64,000 nt of DNA from an uncultured Ectothiorhodospiraceae bacterium (GTDB lineage Bacteria; Pseudomonadota; Gammaproteobacteria; UBA9214). Below the pieces are notes generated by a model. It saw nothing but the letters and a program-made list of their open reading frames with translations, ran no database searches and had not been told where the DNA came from. A program made the position numbers and the translations under genes. Numbering within the stretch: position 1 is the first letter of the stretch; the number at the start of each line of letters is the position of its first letter. Shown piece after piece: positions 49,161-60,744 of the stretch. The stretch spans positions 831 through 64,830 of the forward strand of contig CAZMAK010000004.1 in the NCBI GenBank assembly GCA_964564245.1. The letters run 5' to 3'.

Positions 49161-50015
49161 ATGCAACCGCACGGCAGCAATACCGGCACCCTGTTCATCG
49201 TGGCGACGCCGATCGGCAATCTGCAGGATATCAGCCAGCGTGCCGTCGACGTGCTGCGCGCCGTACCACTGCTGGCCGTGGAGGATACCCGGCACAGCCG
49301 GAAACTGCTCAACCGGTTCGGGATCGATACAACGATGCTGGCCGTGCACGAGCACAACGAACGCGATATGGTCGAGCGCCTGCTGGCACACCTGCAGGGC
49401 GGCGGAGATCTGGCGCTGATCTCGGATGCCGGTACCCCGTTGATCAGTGACCCGGGATTCGTCCTGGTGCGGGCGGCGCGTGCTGCCGGCATCCGCGTGG
49501 TGCCGGTGCCGGGCGCCTGTGCGCTGGTTGCGGCATTGTCCGTGTCCGGTCTGCCTACGGACCGGTTTCGCTTCGAGGGCTTCCTGCCACCGCGAGAGGC
49601 GGCACGACGCGAGCGTCTGCAGGCGTTGTCCGCCGAGACCGCCACCCTGGTGTTCTACGAGTCCAGTCACCGCATCGTGGCGTCACTGCAGGACATGGCG
49701 GATTGCCTGGGGGCAGCGCGGCCGTGCGCGGTGGCGCGGGAACTGACCAAGACCTACGAGACGGTCGAGGCGGGCACACTGGAGGCGCTGTGTGAATGGA
49801 CCGGGGCGGAGGACAACCGGCAGAAGGGCGAGTTCGTGGTCATGGTGCAGGGCGCCACGGCCGATCCGGCGACACTGGATGACGCCGCACGCCATACCCT
49901 GCAGGTGTTGCTGGAGGAGTTGCCGCTGAAACAGGCGGCGGCACTGGCGGCGCGGCTCACCGGACAGTCGAAGAACCGCCTGTATGAATATGGTCTGGCA
50001 TTAAAGAACGCGTAG
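49161..50015 (+). CDS. rsmI: 16S rRNA (cytidine1402-2'-O)-methyltransferase
   Basis: GTLFIVATPIGNLQDIS...SDAGTPLISDPG motifs. Start trimmed to MQPHGSNTG. Confidence 0.9.
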   Translation: MQPHGSNTGTLFIVATPIGNLQDISQRAVDVLRAVPLLAVEDTRHSRKLLNRFGIDTTMLAVHEHNERDMVERLLAHLQGGGDLALISDAGTPLISDPGFVLVRAARAAGIRVVPVPGACALVAALSVSGLPTDRFRFEGFLPPREAARRERLQALSAETATLVFYESSHRIVASLQDMADCLGAARPCAVARELTKTYETVEAGTLEALCEWTGAEDNRQKGEFVVMVQGATADPATLDDAARHTLQVLLEELPLKQAAALAARLTGQSKNRLYEYGLALKNA

Positions 50016-50123
50016 GAGCCTGCCGGCCGGCGCGATTTGCCCCTGCGCCAGACCATTCGCACCTGGCCGTTCCCGGCATCCTGCCTCGTGCGGCACTTGT
50101 ACATCCATGTACATCGCGAGGCG

Positions 50124-51197
50124 CTACGCGATTCCGTGTTGCTGTAACGCCCATTCCACGTGTTCCCGCACCAGGGCGGAGGCATGACCGCGCCGCGCCA
50201 GCAGGGCGTGGATGACAGTCTCCGAGGCCGGCGCGTTGCCCAGTGCCACGGCCAGGTTGCGTAACCAGCGGGTATGGCCGATGCGATGGATTGCGCTGCC
50301 ACGGGTCCGGCGTTCGAAGTCCGCTTCCTCCCAGCCGAACAGTTCGACCAGGGTGCGATCGTCCAGGGCATGCCGGGGCCGGAAGTCCGCCTCGCGGGAG
50401 GCATCGGCAAAACGGTTCCAGGGGCAGACCAGCTGGCAATCGTCACAGCCATAGATACGGTTGCCGATCAACGGGCGGAATTCGACCGGGATACTGCCGC
50501 GCAGCTCGATGGTGAGATAGGAGATGCAGCGTCGCGCATCGAGTGTGTACGGGGCGATGATCGCGGCGGTCGGGCAGGCGTCGATACAGGCCTGGCAGCT
50601 GCCGCAATGACTGGCGGCCTGCCGGTCCGCCGGCAGTGGCAGATCGGTGTAGAGTTCGCCCAGGAAAAACCAGGACCCGGCCCGTTCGTTAATGAGGTTG
50701 GTGTGTTTGCCGATCCAGCCCAGCCCGGCATTTTGCGCCAGCGCCTTTTCCAGGACCGGTGCACTGTCGGTGAAGGCACGGTAACCGAACGGCCCGGTGA
50801 CGGCCTGGATGCGATCGGCCAGTTGTTGCAGGCGCCGGCGAATGACCTTGTGGTAGTCGCGCCCGAGTGCGTAGCGTGACAGGTAGGCGCGGGTTCGATC
50901 CTGCAGGACGGTCACGGGGTCCAGCGCCTGTGCCGGCCAGTAGTCCATGCGCAGCGAGATCACGCGGATCGTGCCGGCGACCAGCTCGGCCGGGCGGCTG
51001 CGGCGTGTGCCATGCCGTTGCAGGTAGTCCATTTCGCCGTGGTAACCGGCATCCAGCCAGTTCAGCAGCCGGGTCTCGTGTTCGGCCAGCGCGGTTTCCG
51101 CAATGCCGACCTGCTGAAAACCAAGCGCCTGGCCCCATTGGCGGATGCGCCCGGCGAGGGCGTGATAGTCGATATGGCCGGCGGGAACGTGCTGCAT
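50124..51197 (-). CDS. queG: Epoxyqueuosine reductase
   Basis: 4Fe-4S motifs (CGSCQACIDACP, CDDCQLVCPWN) and family length. Confidence 0.9.
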   Translation of the reverse strand: MQHVPAGHIDYHALAGRIRQWGQALGFQQVGIAETALAEHETRLLNWLDAGYHGEMDYLQRHGTRRSRPAELVAGTIRVISLRMDYWPAQALDPVTVLQDRTRAYLSRYALGRDYHKVIRRRLQQLADRIQAVTGPFGYRAFTDSAPVLEKALAQNAGLGWIGKHTNLINERAGSWFFLGELYTDLPLPADRQAASHCGSCQACIDACPTAAIIAPYTLDARRCISYLTIELRGSIPVEFRPLIGNRIYGCDDCQLVCPWNRFADASREADFRPRHALDDRTLVELFGWEEADFERRTRGSAIHRIGHTRWLRNLAVALGNAPASETVIHALLARRGHASALVREHVEWALQQHGIA

Positions 51198-51289
51198 GGT
51201 GACTGGATTTGTCCGTCTGCTTCAGGGTATGTTGCCGTTATTCCAACGGGAAGTACCGTGGTGTGCCTGTCAATGAAAACACTCCTGCC

Positions 51290-52768
51290 ATGAACGATGC
51301 CAGTCCCCTGTACAGTGCGGCGCAACTGCGCGAGCTGGACCGGTGCGTAATCGAGGCCGGCACACCCGGTTATACCCTCATGACGCGTGCGGCGCAGGCC
51401 GCACAGGGCTGCCTGCGCCGCGGCTGGCCGGAGGCGCGGGAGTGCCGGGTACTGTGCGGCACCGGTAACAACGGCGGTGACGGCTATGTGCTGGCGCGTC
51501 TACTGCAGGCGGACGGTTGCCGGGTGCGTGTGCTGCAACTGGGGGATCCCGCCCGGATCCGGGGCGATGCACTGACGGCACGCCAGGACTGGCTGGCGGC
51601 CGGCGGGACGGTGGAGGCATTTGCCCCGGCGCGTCTGGCACCGGCCGACGTGCTGGTCGATGCCCTGCTGGGAACCGGATTCAGCCGCGGCCTGGATGCG
51701 GACTGGATTGCAGGCCTGCAGGCCGTCAACGACAGCGGCATACCGGTGCTGGCACTGGATGTGCCGAGTGGCCTGGACAGCGATACCGGTGCCGTGGGCG
51801 AGGTCGCGGTTCGGGCCCGTCACACGGTGACCTTCATCGGCCGCAAGCCCGGGCTGTACACCGGGCTGGGGCCGGATCACGCCGGTACGATCACGTTTGC
51901 CGATCTGGAGGTGGCGGATTCGCTGCGCGCGCGCGTGGAACCGGTTGCCGGTCTGTATCTGCGGCCACCGCCCGGTTTCCTCGGTCGCCCGCGTGCCCGC
52001 TGTGCACACAAGGGCGACTTCGGGCACGTGCTGGTGATCGGCGGGGACCACGGCATGTGCGGCGCGGCGCGGCTGGCTGGCGAGGCCGCGTTGCGTACCG
52101 GTGCCGGCCGGGTGAGTGTGGCGACGCGTGCCGGGCATGCCGCCATCCTGGCGGCGTCCTGTCCCGAACTCATGTGCCACGGGGTAGAGTCGGCGGCCGC
52201 GCTGAAATCCCTGCTGGGGCGGGCAACGGTGCTGGTGGCCGGGCCGGGGCTGGGCCGGTCGTCGTGGGCGAAGTCGCTGCTGTCCGTGGTGCTGGAGTCC
52301 GCACAGCCGGCCGTGCTGGATGCCGATGCGCTGAACCTGCTGGCAAGCGACCCGCAGTCACAGCCGCGCTGGGTGCTGACACCGCACCCGGGCGAGGCCG
52401 CGCGCCTGCTGCAGACCGATGCCGGGGCGGTTGCACAGGACCGTTTCGCCGCCGTGGCGGAGATCAATCGCCGCTATGGCGGCGTGGCCGTACTCAAGGG
52501 GGCCGGCACGCTGATTCGCTCGGAAGGCGTCCGTCCGTCCGTGTGCGGTGCCGGTAATCCAGGCATGGCCAGTGCCGGCATGGGCGATGTACTGGCCGGT
52601 GTGATCGGCGGGCTGCTGGCCCAGGGCCTGCCACTGTACGATGCCGCGCTGACCGGTGTGTGCGTGCACGCGGCGGCCGCAGACCGGGCCACGCGCGACG
52701 GTGAACGCGGGCTGCTGGCGCGTGATGTCATTGCGGCGCTGCATGCGCAGGTGAATGCGCCACCATGA
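51290..52768 (+). CDS. nnr: Bifunctional NAD(P)H-hydrate repair enzyme Nnr (YjeF: epimerase plus dehydratase)
   Basis: N-terminal YjeF_N (CGTGNNGGDGYV) and C-terminal carbohydrate-kinase-like domain (GMASAGMGDVLAG). Start at MNDASPLY. Confidence 0.9.
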   Translation: MNDASPLYSAAQLRELDRCVIEAGTPGYTLMTRAAQAAQGCLRRGWPEARECRVLCGTGNNGGDGYVLARLLQADGCRVRVLQLGDPARIRGDALTARQDWLAAGGTVEAFAPARLAPADVLVDALLGTGFSRGLDADWIAGLQAVNDSGIPVLALDVPSGLDSDTGAVGEVAVRARHTVTFIGRKPGLYTGLGPDHAGTITFADLEVADSLRARVEPVAGLYLRPPPGFLGRPRARCAHKGDFGHVLVIGGDHGMCGAARLAGEAALRTGAGRVSVATRAGHAAILAASCPELMCHGVESAAALKSLLGRATVLVAGPGLGRSSWAKSLLSVVLESAQPAVLDADALNLLASDPQSQPRWVLTPHPGEAARLLQTDAGAVAQDRFAAVAEINRRYGGVAVLKGAGTLIRSEGVRPSVCGAGNPGMASAGMGDVLAGVIGGLLAQGLPLYDAALTGVCVHAAAADRATRDGERGLLARDVIAALHAQVNAPP

Positions 52769-53217
52769 AACGGCAGCTGGCGGATGCAGAATCCATGGAG
52801 GCGCTGGGCCGTGAGCTGGCACCCTGTCTGGGCAGTGCCCTGGTGTATCTCACCGGTGAACTGGGTGCCGGCAAGACCACCCTGGCTCGCGGCATCCTGC
52901 GCGGGCTGGGTTATCAGGACAAGGTCCGCAGCCCGACCTACAGCCTGGTCGAGCCCTACAGCGTGCCACAGGGCACCGTTTACCACCTGGACCTGTACCG
53001 GCTGGATGATCCGGAGGAACTGGAGTGGCTGGGGTTGCGCGACATGCTCGAGGGTCCCGCGTTGCTGCTGGTGGAATGGCCGCAGCGGGGTACCGGGCAG
53101 CTGCCGGCGGCGGACCTGGAGGTTACTATCGTGTCGCAGGGGACCGGTCGGGAGGCGCATCTTGTGCCGTGCAGCGTCCGCGGACGGCAGATATTGGATT
53201 GCCTCAAGGTGATGTGA
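52765..53217 (+). CDS. tsaE: tRNA t6A37 biosynthesis ATPase TsaE
   Basis: GELGAGKTTLARGILRGLG...SPTYSLVEPY. ATGA overlap with nnr. Confidence 0.9.
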   Translation: MKRQLADAESMEALGRELAPCLGSALVYLTGELGAGKTTLARGILRGLGYQDKVRSPTYSLVEPYSVPQGTVYHLDLYRLDDPEELEWLGLRDMLEGPALLLVEWPQRGTGQLPAADLEVTIVSQGTGREAHLVPCSVRGRQILDCLKVM

Positions 53218-53294
53218 TTTAGATCCTTAGCTCGATCATCTCGATAAGCTAAACAGCTTTAACTGCTATCCCAAGGAGAATTAACAGGATTTTC

Positions 53295-53324
53295 TTGATT
53301 TTTGGTTGGCTTTGTGGCTAGAAT
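53295..53324 (+). promoter_or_regulatory. Candidate sigma70 promoter for amiB (TTGATT-N18-TAGAAT)
   Basis: Hexamers read directly, in an AT-rich intergenic segment about 38 nt upstream of the amiB ATG. Confidence 0.4.
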
Positions 53325-53361
53325 CCCCCCACGTTGGTCAGGGTATAGGGCGTGTGATTCC

Positions 53362-54747
53362 ATGAAAAGGCTGCTTGCGACCGTACTATTTCTGTTTGCA
53401 AGTCAAGGAGTTGTGCTTGCTGCGACCGATGTCCAGCAGGTACGGCTGTGGGCGGCGCCCGACCATACCCGCGTCGTATTCGACACCAGTGGCCCGGTGT
53501 CCCAGAAGGTGTTCAGCCTGTCCGGCCCCGCCCGGGTCGTGCTTGACGTCCAGGGCGGGCGGCTGGCCAATCCGCAACAGCCGCTGCAGGCCACTGGCGG
53601 TGTGGTCAAAAACATCCGCGCCGCCCGGAACAGTCCGGACGTACTGCGGATCGTGCTGGAACTGAACCAAAGCGCCAGGCCGCATACCTTCCAGCTGGCG
53701 CCCAGTGGCCCGTATGGCTATCGCCTGGTGGTCGATCTTTACGACACACCGGACGCCGGTGCGAAGCCGGACGCCGCCAGGGCGGCGGTCGGGCAGCCGT
53801 CCCGGGTGGCCGGGGCCGCACCCGCATCGAAGCCGGCCTCCACGCAGGCACCCGCACACAGTCAGCCGGCGAAACATGCACCGGAGCCGTTGCGTGACCT
53901 GGTGATTGCCATCGACGCCGGCCATGGTGGTGAAGATCCGGGCGCCATCGGCCGCGGACACACCCGGGAAAAGGATGTGACGCTGGCCATTGCGCGGCGG
54001 CTGGCGGCGCTGGTGGAAAAGGAGCCCGGTATGCACCCGGTGCTGACCCGGAAGGGCGATTACTACATCGGACTGCGGCAGCGTACACGGCTGGCACGGG
54101 AGGACAGGGCGGACCTGTTCATCTCCATTCATGCCGATGCGTGCAAGGACCATCGCGCCAGTGGTTCCTCGGTATTCGTGCTGTCCCGGCGTGGCGCATC
54201 CTCGGAAATGGCGCGAGTGCTCGCGGAGCGGGAAAATGCAGCGGACCTGGTGGGTGGTGTGAGCCTCGACGACAAGGACGATCTGCTGCGGGAAGTGCTG
54301 CTCGACCTGTCCCAGACCGCCACGCTGGAGGCGAGTTTCGACGTGGCAGGGAACCTGCTGGATGAGCTGGAAGATCTGGGGAAAACGCACAAGCAGTCCG
54401 TGCAGCAGGCCGGTTTCGTAGTGCTGAAGTCGCCGGACATCCCGTCGCTGCTGGTCGAAACCGCCTTCATTACCAACCCGTCGGAAGAAAGAAAACTGCG
54501 TGATGCGCGTCACCAGCAACGCCTGGCAGAGGCCATGCTGCGCGGGATCCGCAACTACTTCGGCCGGCACCCCCCGCCTGGTACCCGTGTCGCGCGGGAG
54601 TATGTCGTGAAAAGCGGCGACACGCTGAGCGAGATTGCCGACCAGTTCCGTGTCAATACGACGCGACTGCGTGGCTACAACGGCCTCAAGTCCGACACCC
54701 TGCGGGTCGGCGACACCCTGCGTATCCCCCCGGTGCAGGACAGCTGA
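53362..54747 (+). CDS. amiB: N-acetylmuramoyl-L-alanine amidase with AMIN N-domain and C-terminal LysM
   Basis: [16 protein letters not shown] amidase_3 motif and LysM ([16 protein letters not shown]...VGDTLRIP). Conserved tsaE-amiB-mutL order. Confidence 0.9.
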   Translation: MKRLLATVLFLFASQGVVLAATDVQQVRLWAAPDHTRVVFDTSGPVSQKVFSLSGPARVVLDVQGGRLANPQQPLQATGGVVKNIRAARNSPDVLRIVLELNQSARPHTFQLAPSGPYGYRLVVDLYDTPDAGAKPDAARAAVGQPSRVAGAAPASKPASTQAPAHSQPAKHAPEPLRDLVIAIDAGHGGEDPGAIGRGHTREKDVTLAIARRLAALVEKEPGMHPVLTRKGDYYIGLRQRTRLAREDRADLFISIHADACKDHRASGSSVFVLSRRGASSEMARVLAERENAADLVGGVSLDDKDDLLREVLLDLSQTATLEASFDVAGNLLDELEDLGKTHKQSVQQAGFVVLKSPDIPSLLVETAFITNPSEERKLRDARHQQRLAEAMLRGIRNYFGRHPPPGTRVAREYVVKSGDTLSEIADQFRVNTTRLRGYNGLKSDTLRVGDTLRIPPVQDS

Positions 54748-54823
54748 GCGATCGCGTCGGGGTATCCGCGCCTGTCCACGGGCGGTATCATCGCCACATC
54801 ATGTCCAGCCGCTTCCCGATGTA

Positions 54824-56599
54824 ATGTCGATCCGGGTGCTGCCCGCCCGCCTGGTCAACCAGATCGCCGCCGGCGAGGTGATCGAGCGACCGGCCTCCGT
54901 GGTGAAGGAACTGCTGGAGAACAGCCTTGATGCCGGAGCCGGTCACATCGAGGTGGAGATCGGCCAGGGCGGCCGCCAGCGCATCCGGGTACGCGATGAC
55001 GGTACGGGGATCGCCCGCGACGAGCTGTCGCTGGCTCTGTCGCGTCACGCCACCAGCAAGATCGCCTGCCTGGAGGATCTCGACCGCATCCACAGCCTTG
55101 GCTTCCGCGGCGAGGCGCTGCCGAGTATCGCCTCGGTTTCACGCCTGCGGCTGACCTCGCATGCCCGCGGTGCCACGTCCGGCTGGAGCGTGCATGGCGA
55201 CGGATCCGACCAGCGGCTGGAACCGGAGCCGGCCGCCCATCCCGTGGGCACCACGGTGGAGGTGCAGGACCTGTTCTTCAACACACCGGCACGGCGCAAG
55301 TTCATGCGCACCGAGGCCACCGAGTTCACCCATATCGAAAACGTGGTACGGCGCATGGCACTGAGCCGCTTCCCGGTGGCCTTCCGGTTGCAGCACAACC
55401 AGCGTGCCGTACTGCAGCTGCCGGCGGCGGAGACCCGTGCGCAGCAGGAACGGCGGGTGGCCGACCTGTGCGGCAAGGCGTTCATGGAACAGGCCATCTA
55501 TATCGAACATGCCGGGGCCGGGCTGTCGCTGCGCGGCTGGATCGCCATGCCGACCTTCTCGCGCAGCCAGCCGGATCTCCAGTATTTCTACGTCAATCAG
55601 CGCATGGTGCGGGACAAGCTGGTGACCCACGCGCTGCGTCAGGCCTACCAGGATGTCCTGTTTCACGGCCGGCACCCGGCCTTCGTGCTGTTCCTCGAGC
55701 TGGACCCGGCCACGGTGGACGTGAATGCACACCCGGCCAAGCACGAGGTGCGCTTTCGCGACAGCCGGCTGGTGCACGATTACCTGTTCCGTACCCTGCA
55801 TGAGGCACTGGCCGGGGTCCGCCCCTCTGCGCTACAGGCCCCGCAACCTGCGCAGGTACTGCCGGCGCTGCAGGCCGCCCCGGCATTCCGGCCGGCGCAG
55901 GCCCGCATGCCGCTGGCGGCAGGGGAACAGGTCAGCCGTTATGCGGCACTGCATCCGGCAGCGAGCGGTCCGGTGCAGGAAGACAGGGCGGACGAAGTCA
56001 CCGGCGCGGACGCGGAATACCCGCTTGGCTTTGCAGTGGCGCAGCTGCACGGTATCTACGTGCTGGCTCAGAATGCACAGGGTCTGGTGCTGGTGGACAT
56101 GCATGCCGCGCACGAGCGCATTACCTACGAGTTGCTCAAACAGGCGCAGCACGGGGAGGGGATCCGGATGCAGCCGCTGCTGGTGCCGGTGACGCTGGAC
56201 GTCAGCCGCCGCGAGGCGGAACTGTGCGAGCAGTGCCAGGACTGGTTCGCCGGTCTGGGCCTGGAGGTGGACCGTCTTGGCCAGGAGCAGGTGGTGGTGC
56301 GTGCGGTGCCGGCCCTGTTGCACGAGGCCGATATCGGTGCACTGGTGCGCGATGTACTGTCCGACCTGCTGGAACACGGCAGCAGCCGGCGTGTCGAGGA
56401 AGGCATCAATGAACTGCTCTCTACCATGGCCTGTCATGGTTCGGTGCGGGCCAACCGCCGGCTGGAGCACGACGAGATGAACGCGCTGCTGCGCGACATG
56501 GAGCGCACCGAGCGCAGTGGCCAGTGCAACCACGGGCGTCCGACCTGGGTGCAGGTTACGGTGGCCGAGCTGGATCGCATGTTCCAGCGCGGTCGCTGA
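54824..56599 (+). CDS. mutL: DNA mismatch repair protein MutL
   Basis: [42 protein letters not shown] ATPase N-terminus and the C-terminal dimerisation domain. Confidence 0.9.
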   Translation: MSIRVLPARLVNQIAAGEVIERPASVVKELLENSLDAGAGHIEVEIGQGGRQRIRVRDDGTGIARDELSLALSRHATSKIACLEDLDRIHSLGFRGEALPSIASVSRLRLTSHARGATSGWSVHGDGSDQRLEPEPAAHPVGTTVEVQDLFFNTPARRKFMRTEATEFTHIENVVRRMALSRFPVAFRLQHNQRAVLQLPAAETRAQQERRVADLCGKAFMEQAIYIEHAGAGLSLRGWIAMPTFSRSQPDLQYFYVNQRMVRDKLVTHALRQAYQDVLFHGRHPAFVLFLELDPATVDVNAHPAKHEVRFRDSRLVHDYLFRTLHEALAGVRPSALQAPQPAQVLPALQAAPAFRPAQARMPLAAGEQVSRYAALHPAASGPVQEDRADEVTGADAEYPLGFAVAQLHGIYVLAQNAQGLVLVDMHAAHERITYELLKQAQHGEGIRMQPLLVPVTLDVSRREAELCEQCQDWFAGLGLEVDRLGQEQVVVRAVPALLHEADIGALVRDVLSDLLEHGSSRRVEEGINELLSTMACHGSVRANRRLEHDEMNALLRDMERTERSGQCNHGRPTWVQVTVAELDRMFQRGR

Positions 56600-56770
56600 T
56601 ATCGAATGTTGCGCGCAAGGACGCCGGGAAAGCCGGGGGCTTTGCAACCGCGGGGATGACAGGTACAGAGATTCCCAAAATGTGTCTCAGGCGTGTTTCA
56701 CGTGCTGTGTCAGCAACTCGTTCATTCAGCGCCGAGCTTCAGTACGGCGAACGGTTGCAGACCCCTGTGT

Positions 56771-57781
56771 ATGGCCGGGTTTGTTGCGCATGTCCTGGCG
56801 TCCCTGCGACTTTGCAGCTTTGCGCGAAACCGGTTTCCGGTGCCTGATTCATCCCTGCCACCCGCCGTATTTCTCATGGGTCCGACCGCGTCGGGCAAGA
56901 CCGCGCAGGCGGTTGCCCTGGTCCGCGCCTTCCCCATGGAGATCATCAGTGTCGACTCGGCACTGGTGTATCGCGGCATGGACATCGGTACCGCCAAGCC
57001 GGACGCAGAGACGCTGCGCCGTGCACCGCATGCCCTGATCGACATCCGTGATCCGGCCGAGCCCTATTCGGCGGCGGAGTTTCGCAGCGACGCGCTGGCC
57101 GAGATGGCACGTATCACGGCGGCCGGGCGTATTCCGTTACTGGTCGGTGGGACCTTCCTGTATTTCCGGGCCCTGCAACAGGGACTGTCGGAACTGCCCG
57201 CCGCGGACCCCGGGGTGCGTGCACGGCTGGAGGCCGAGGCGGCCGCACACGGCCTGTCCCGTCTCCACCGGCGTCTGGAACGGCTGGATCCGGCGACGGC
57301 CGCCCGCCTGCACCAGAGTGATCCACAGCGGATCCAGCGTGCCCTGGAGGTGATCGAGCTGACCGGGCATACGCTCAGTGAACTGCATGCGCGCGGACGC
57401 GGGGAAGCGTTGCCCTACCGGGTATTCAAGCTGGCCCTGTATCCACAGGACCGGTCCTGGTTGCATCGCCGGATCGATATCCGTCTGGAGCAGATGCTGG
57501 CGGCCGGGTTCGAGGCCGAGGTGCGGGCGCTGGCGACCCGGCCGGACCTGTCGCCGGAGCTTCCTGCACTGCGAGCGGTCGGTTACCGGCAGATGTGGGC
57601 CTGGCTGGCCGGCGAGTCGGAATACCGGCAGGCGGTCGAGCATATCCGCGCGGCGACCCGGCAATATGCACGACGCCAGCTGACCTGGTTGCGTGCCGAA
57701 CCGGAACTCGAATGCCTCGACTGTGCGGCCACGGACCTGGCCGATCAATTACGCCGCCGCCTGGACGAATGGCTGGATTGA
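56771..57781 (+). CDS. miaA: tRNA dimethylallyltransferase
   Basis: [12 protein letters not shown]-loop, with resemblance to E. coli MiaA throughout. The start is uncertain (ATG 56771 or in-frame GTG 56840). Confidence 0.9.
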   Translation: MAGFVAHVLASLRLCSFARNRFPVPDSSLPPAVFLMGPTASGKTAQAVALVRAFPMEIISVDSALVYRGMDIGTAKPDAETLRRAPHALIDIRDPAEPYSAAEFRSDALAEMARITAAGRIPLLVGGTFLYFRALQQGLSELPAADPGVRARLEAEAAAHGLSRLHRRLERLDPATAARLHQSDPQRIQRALEVIELTGHTLSELHARGRGEALPYRVFKLALYPQDRSWLHRRIDIRLEQMLAAGFEAEVRALATRPDLSPELPALRAVGYRQMWAWLAGESEYRQAVEHIRAATRQYARRQLTWLRAEPELECLDCAATDLADQLRRRLDEWLD

Positions 57782-57943
57782 TACCGGCCGGTCATCCGGC
57801 GGGTGTCGGGAACCATCCGTTCGATACAGAATTATGTATGACTCAGGTCATGGAAATCGCCATTGCATTACTCTAGAATTCGCGCAAAATGAGTAGCCTC
57901 GACGCTATACTTGGCATGCAGGACAAAATAAGGAGATAACGAC

Positions 57944-58198
57944 ATGAACAGAGGACAATCTTTGCAGGACCCATTTTTGAATGCGCTGCGCAAAGAGCGA
58001 GTCCCGGTATCCATCTATCTGGTCAATGGCATCAAGCTGCAGGGTCAGATCGAATCCTTCGACCAGTTTGTCGTGCTGCTCAAGAATGCAGTCAGCCAGA
58101 TGGTCTACAAGCATGCCATCTCCACCGTTGTTCCGGCACGCAACGTGCGGATTGCCGGGGCGGACGAGCCGGGGGGCAGTGAACCCGGAAATGCCTGA
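57944..58198 (+). CDS. hfq: RNA chaperone Hfq
   Basis: [44 protein letters not shown] Sm motifs. AAGGAG RBS. Confidence 0.95.
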   Translation: MNRGQSLQDPFLNALRKERVPVSIYLVNGIKLQGQIESFDQFVVLLKNAVSQMVYKHAISTVVPARNVRIAGADEPGGSEPGNA

Positions 58199-58227
58199 AC
58201 CCGACGACAGCGATACGGGGCAGCGGA

Positions 58228-59547
58228 TTGTTCGAGCGCCCTGAGAGCGGTGAGCGGGCCGTCCTGGTCCACGTCAATTTTCCGGACGGTTCCGGACCCG
58301 AGGCACTGCGCGAATTCACCGAACTGGCCCACTCGGCCGGTGCCGTGCCGGTCGCGACCATCACCGGTACCCGTGCCAGTCCCGACCCCAGGCTGTATAT
58401 CGGCCAGGGCAAGGCCGATGCCATCCTGGCCGCGGTCGAACTGCACCGGGCGGAGGTGGTCATCTTCGACCACGCGCTGAGTCCCAGCCAGGAACGCAAC
58501 CTGGAACGATTTCTATCCTGCCGCGTGTTGTCCCGGACCGGACTGATTCTCGATATCTTTGCCCAGCGCGCCCGCTCGTTCGAGGGCAAACTGCAGGTCG
58601 AACTGGCGCAGTTGCGCCACCTGTCCACCCGACTCGTGCGTGGCTGGACGCACCTCGAACGCCAGAAGGGCGGTATCGGGCTGCGTGGTCCCGGTGAGAC
58701 GCAGCTGGAATCGGACCGGCGCATGGTCAACGCCCGCATCAAGATGATCAACCGGCGTCTGGAGAAGGTCGGACGGCAGCGCGACCAGGGACGACGTGCG
58801 CGCCAGCGTGCCGAGGTGCCGACCGTGTCACTGGTCGGCTATACCAACGCCGGCAAGTCCACCCTGTTCAACGCGCTCAGCGGTGCCCGTGCCTATACGG
58901 CGAACCAGTTGTTCGCCACCCTGGATCCCACGCTGCGGCGCGTCGAGGTGGCGGGTGTGGGTCCGGTGGTACTGGCCGATACCGTCGGATTTATCCGACA
59001 CCTGCCTCACGACCTGGTGGCGGCATTCCGCGCCACGCTGGAGGAAACCTGCCAGGCCGACCTGCTGCTGCTGGTGGTCGATGCGCAGGATCCGGAGCGG
59101 CACGCGCAGATCGACCAGGTCAACGAGGTGTTGCGCGAGATCGGCGCCGATGAAATCCCGCAGATCCGCGTCTACAACAAGATCGATATCAGTGCAGCAC
59201 CAGCGCGCATCGAGTATGCCGAGGACGGCTCGGTCAGCCGGGTGTGGGTATCGGCGGTGACCGGTGCCGGGCTGGACCTGCTGGAGAACGCGCTGGGGGA
59301 GCACTTCCACGGCGACCAGGTGCACGGCTGGCTGAAGATCGATGCCGGTGCCGGTGCCGTACGCTCCGCGCTGTACAATATCGGCCGGGTACTGTCCGAA
59401 CGCTGCGATGAAAACGGCGCCTGGTGGCTGGAAATCCGTATGGCGCAGCGCAACATCGACCGGCTGATGCGTGAATCGGACGGTGCCTGCGAGTTTCATT
59501 TGGCGCAATCCATTGGTATTGTACCGGGTACAGCACAAGCATCCTGA
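58228..59547 (+). CDS. hflX: GTPase HflX
   Basis: HflX N-domain and G-domain (GYTNAGKSTLFN). TTG start as in the track. Confidence 0.9.
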   Translation: MFERPESGERAVLVHVNFPDGSGPEALREFTELAHSAGAVPVATITGTRASPDPRLYIGQGKADAILAAVELHRAEVVIFDHALSPSQERNLERFLSCRVLSRTGLILDIFAQRARSFEGKLQVELAQLRHLSTRLVRGWTHLERQKGGIGLRGPGETQLESDRRMVNARIKMINRRLEKVGRQRDQGRRARQRAEVPTVSLVGYTNAGKSTLFNALSGARAYTANQLFATLDPTLRRVEVAGVGPVVLADTVGFIRHLPHDLVAAFRATLEETCQADLLLLVVDAQDPERHAQIDQVNEVLREIGADEIPQIRVYNKIDISAAPARIEYAEDGSVSRVWVSAVTGAGLDLLENALGEHFHGDQVHGWLKIDAGAGAVRSALYNIGRVLSERCDENGAWWLEIRMAQRNIDRLMRESDGACEFHLAQSIGIVPGTAQAS

Positions 59548-59616
59548 CCGTAGAATCTGACGCGGGTATGCAGTTACACGATTGCGTGCCACGCTTTTGG
59601 CTGACTGGAGAAAATT

Positions 59617-60744
59617 ATGGCCTGGAATGAACCGGGTGGCGGCAACCGTGACCCGTGGGGCGGCAAGGGCAACGACGACGGCCCGCCCGATCTCGATGAA
59701 CTGGTACGCAAGCTGCGCGAGCGCATGAACGGGCTGTTTGGCGGCGGCAGGCGTGGCGGCGGCAGCAGCAAACCGTTTCCGTTCCGGCTGGTCGCGCTGG
59801 TGGCCGTGGTGGCCTGGCTGCTGTCGGGCGTCTATCTCGTCCAGCCGGCCGAGCGTGGCGTGGTGCTGCGCCTCGGCAAGTTTCTCACGATCACCACGCC
59901 GGGGCCGCACTGGTACCTGCGCGGTATCGAATCCGTCGGGCTGGTCGACGTGGACAAGTTGCGTACCGTCAGTCACCGGGCCAAGATGCTGACCAAGGAC
60001 GAGAACATCGTGCAGGTGGAACTGGCCGTGCAGTACCAGGTCAAGGATGCAAAGGAATACCTGTTCCAGGTGCGCGACCCGGACTATACCCTGCAGGAGG
60101 CGACCGAAAGCGCACTGCGCGAGGTGATCGGCGGGATCTCCATGGACGATTTTCTCAGTGGTGGCCGTGGCAGCATCGTGGAACAGACCAAGAATCTGAC
60201 CCAGGAAATGCTCGACAAGTACAAGACCGGCCTGATCCTGACCAGCGTCAACCTGCAGGACCCGCAACCGCCGGAGGAAGTACAGGGCGCTTTCGAGGAT
60301 GCCATCAAGGCACAGGAAGACGAACAGCGCTTCAAGAACCAGGCCGAGGCCTATGCGCTGGACATCCTGCCGCGCGCGCGCGGCGATGCCACGCGCCTGC
60401 GCGAGGCGGCCAATGCCTACCGGGAACAGGTGGTGGCCAGGGCCGAGGGTGAGGCCAGCCGGTTTACGCAGACACTGAAGGAATACGAAAAGGCCCCGGT
60501 GGTGACCCGCAAGCGCATGTATCTCGAGACCATGGAATACGTGCTGGCGAATACCAGCAAGGTGGTCATGCAGGTGAAGGACGGCAATAACCTGATGTAC
60601 ATACCGCTCGACAAGCTGATGCAGAACCGCGATGACATCGACACCGGTGATCTGGGCAATAATCCCGGTACGGTGAACCCGGTACCGGACCGGAAAAAGG
60701 AACCCGCGTCGCGCGAAAGTTCGCGTGCTGGAGGGACGAGATAA
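59617..60744 (+). CDS. hflK: FtsH protease modulator HflK
   Basis: MAWNEPGGGNRDPWGG N-terminus, TM helix and SPFH/band-7 domain. Confidence 0.9.
   Translation: MAWNEPGGGNRDPWGGKGNDDGPPDLDELVRKLRERMNGLFGGGRRGGGSSKPFPFRLVALVAVVAWLLSGVYLVQPAERGVVLRLGKFLTITTPGPHWYLRGIESVGLVDVDKLRTVSHRAKMLTKDENIVQVELAVQYQVKDAKEYLFQVRDPDYTLQEATESALREVIGGISMDDFLSGGRGSIVEQTKNLTQEMLDKYKTGLILTSVNLQDPQPPEEVQGAFEDAIKAQEDEQRFKNQAEAYALDILPRARGDATRLREAANAYREQVVARAEGEASRFTQTLKEYEKAPVVTRKRMYLETMEYVLANTSKVVMQVKDGNNLMYIPLDKLMQNRDDIDTGDLGNNPGTVNPVPDRKKEPASRESSRAGGTR

Noticed and set aside
50084-50121. Hairpin CCTCG...TGTACAT-cc-ATGTACA...CGAGG between rsmI and queG as a terminator
   Set aside because: The stem is interrupted and has no T-run. 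It may be a convergent-gene terminator, but the evidence is too weak to list it as a feature.
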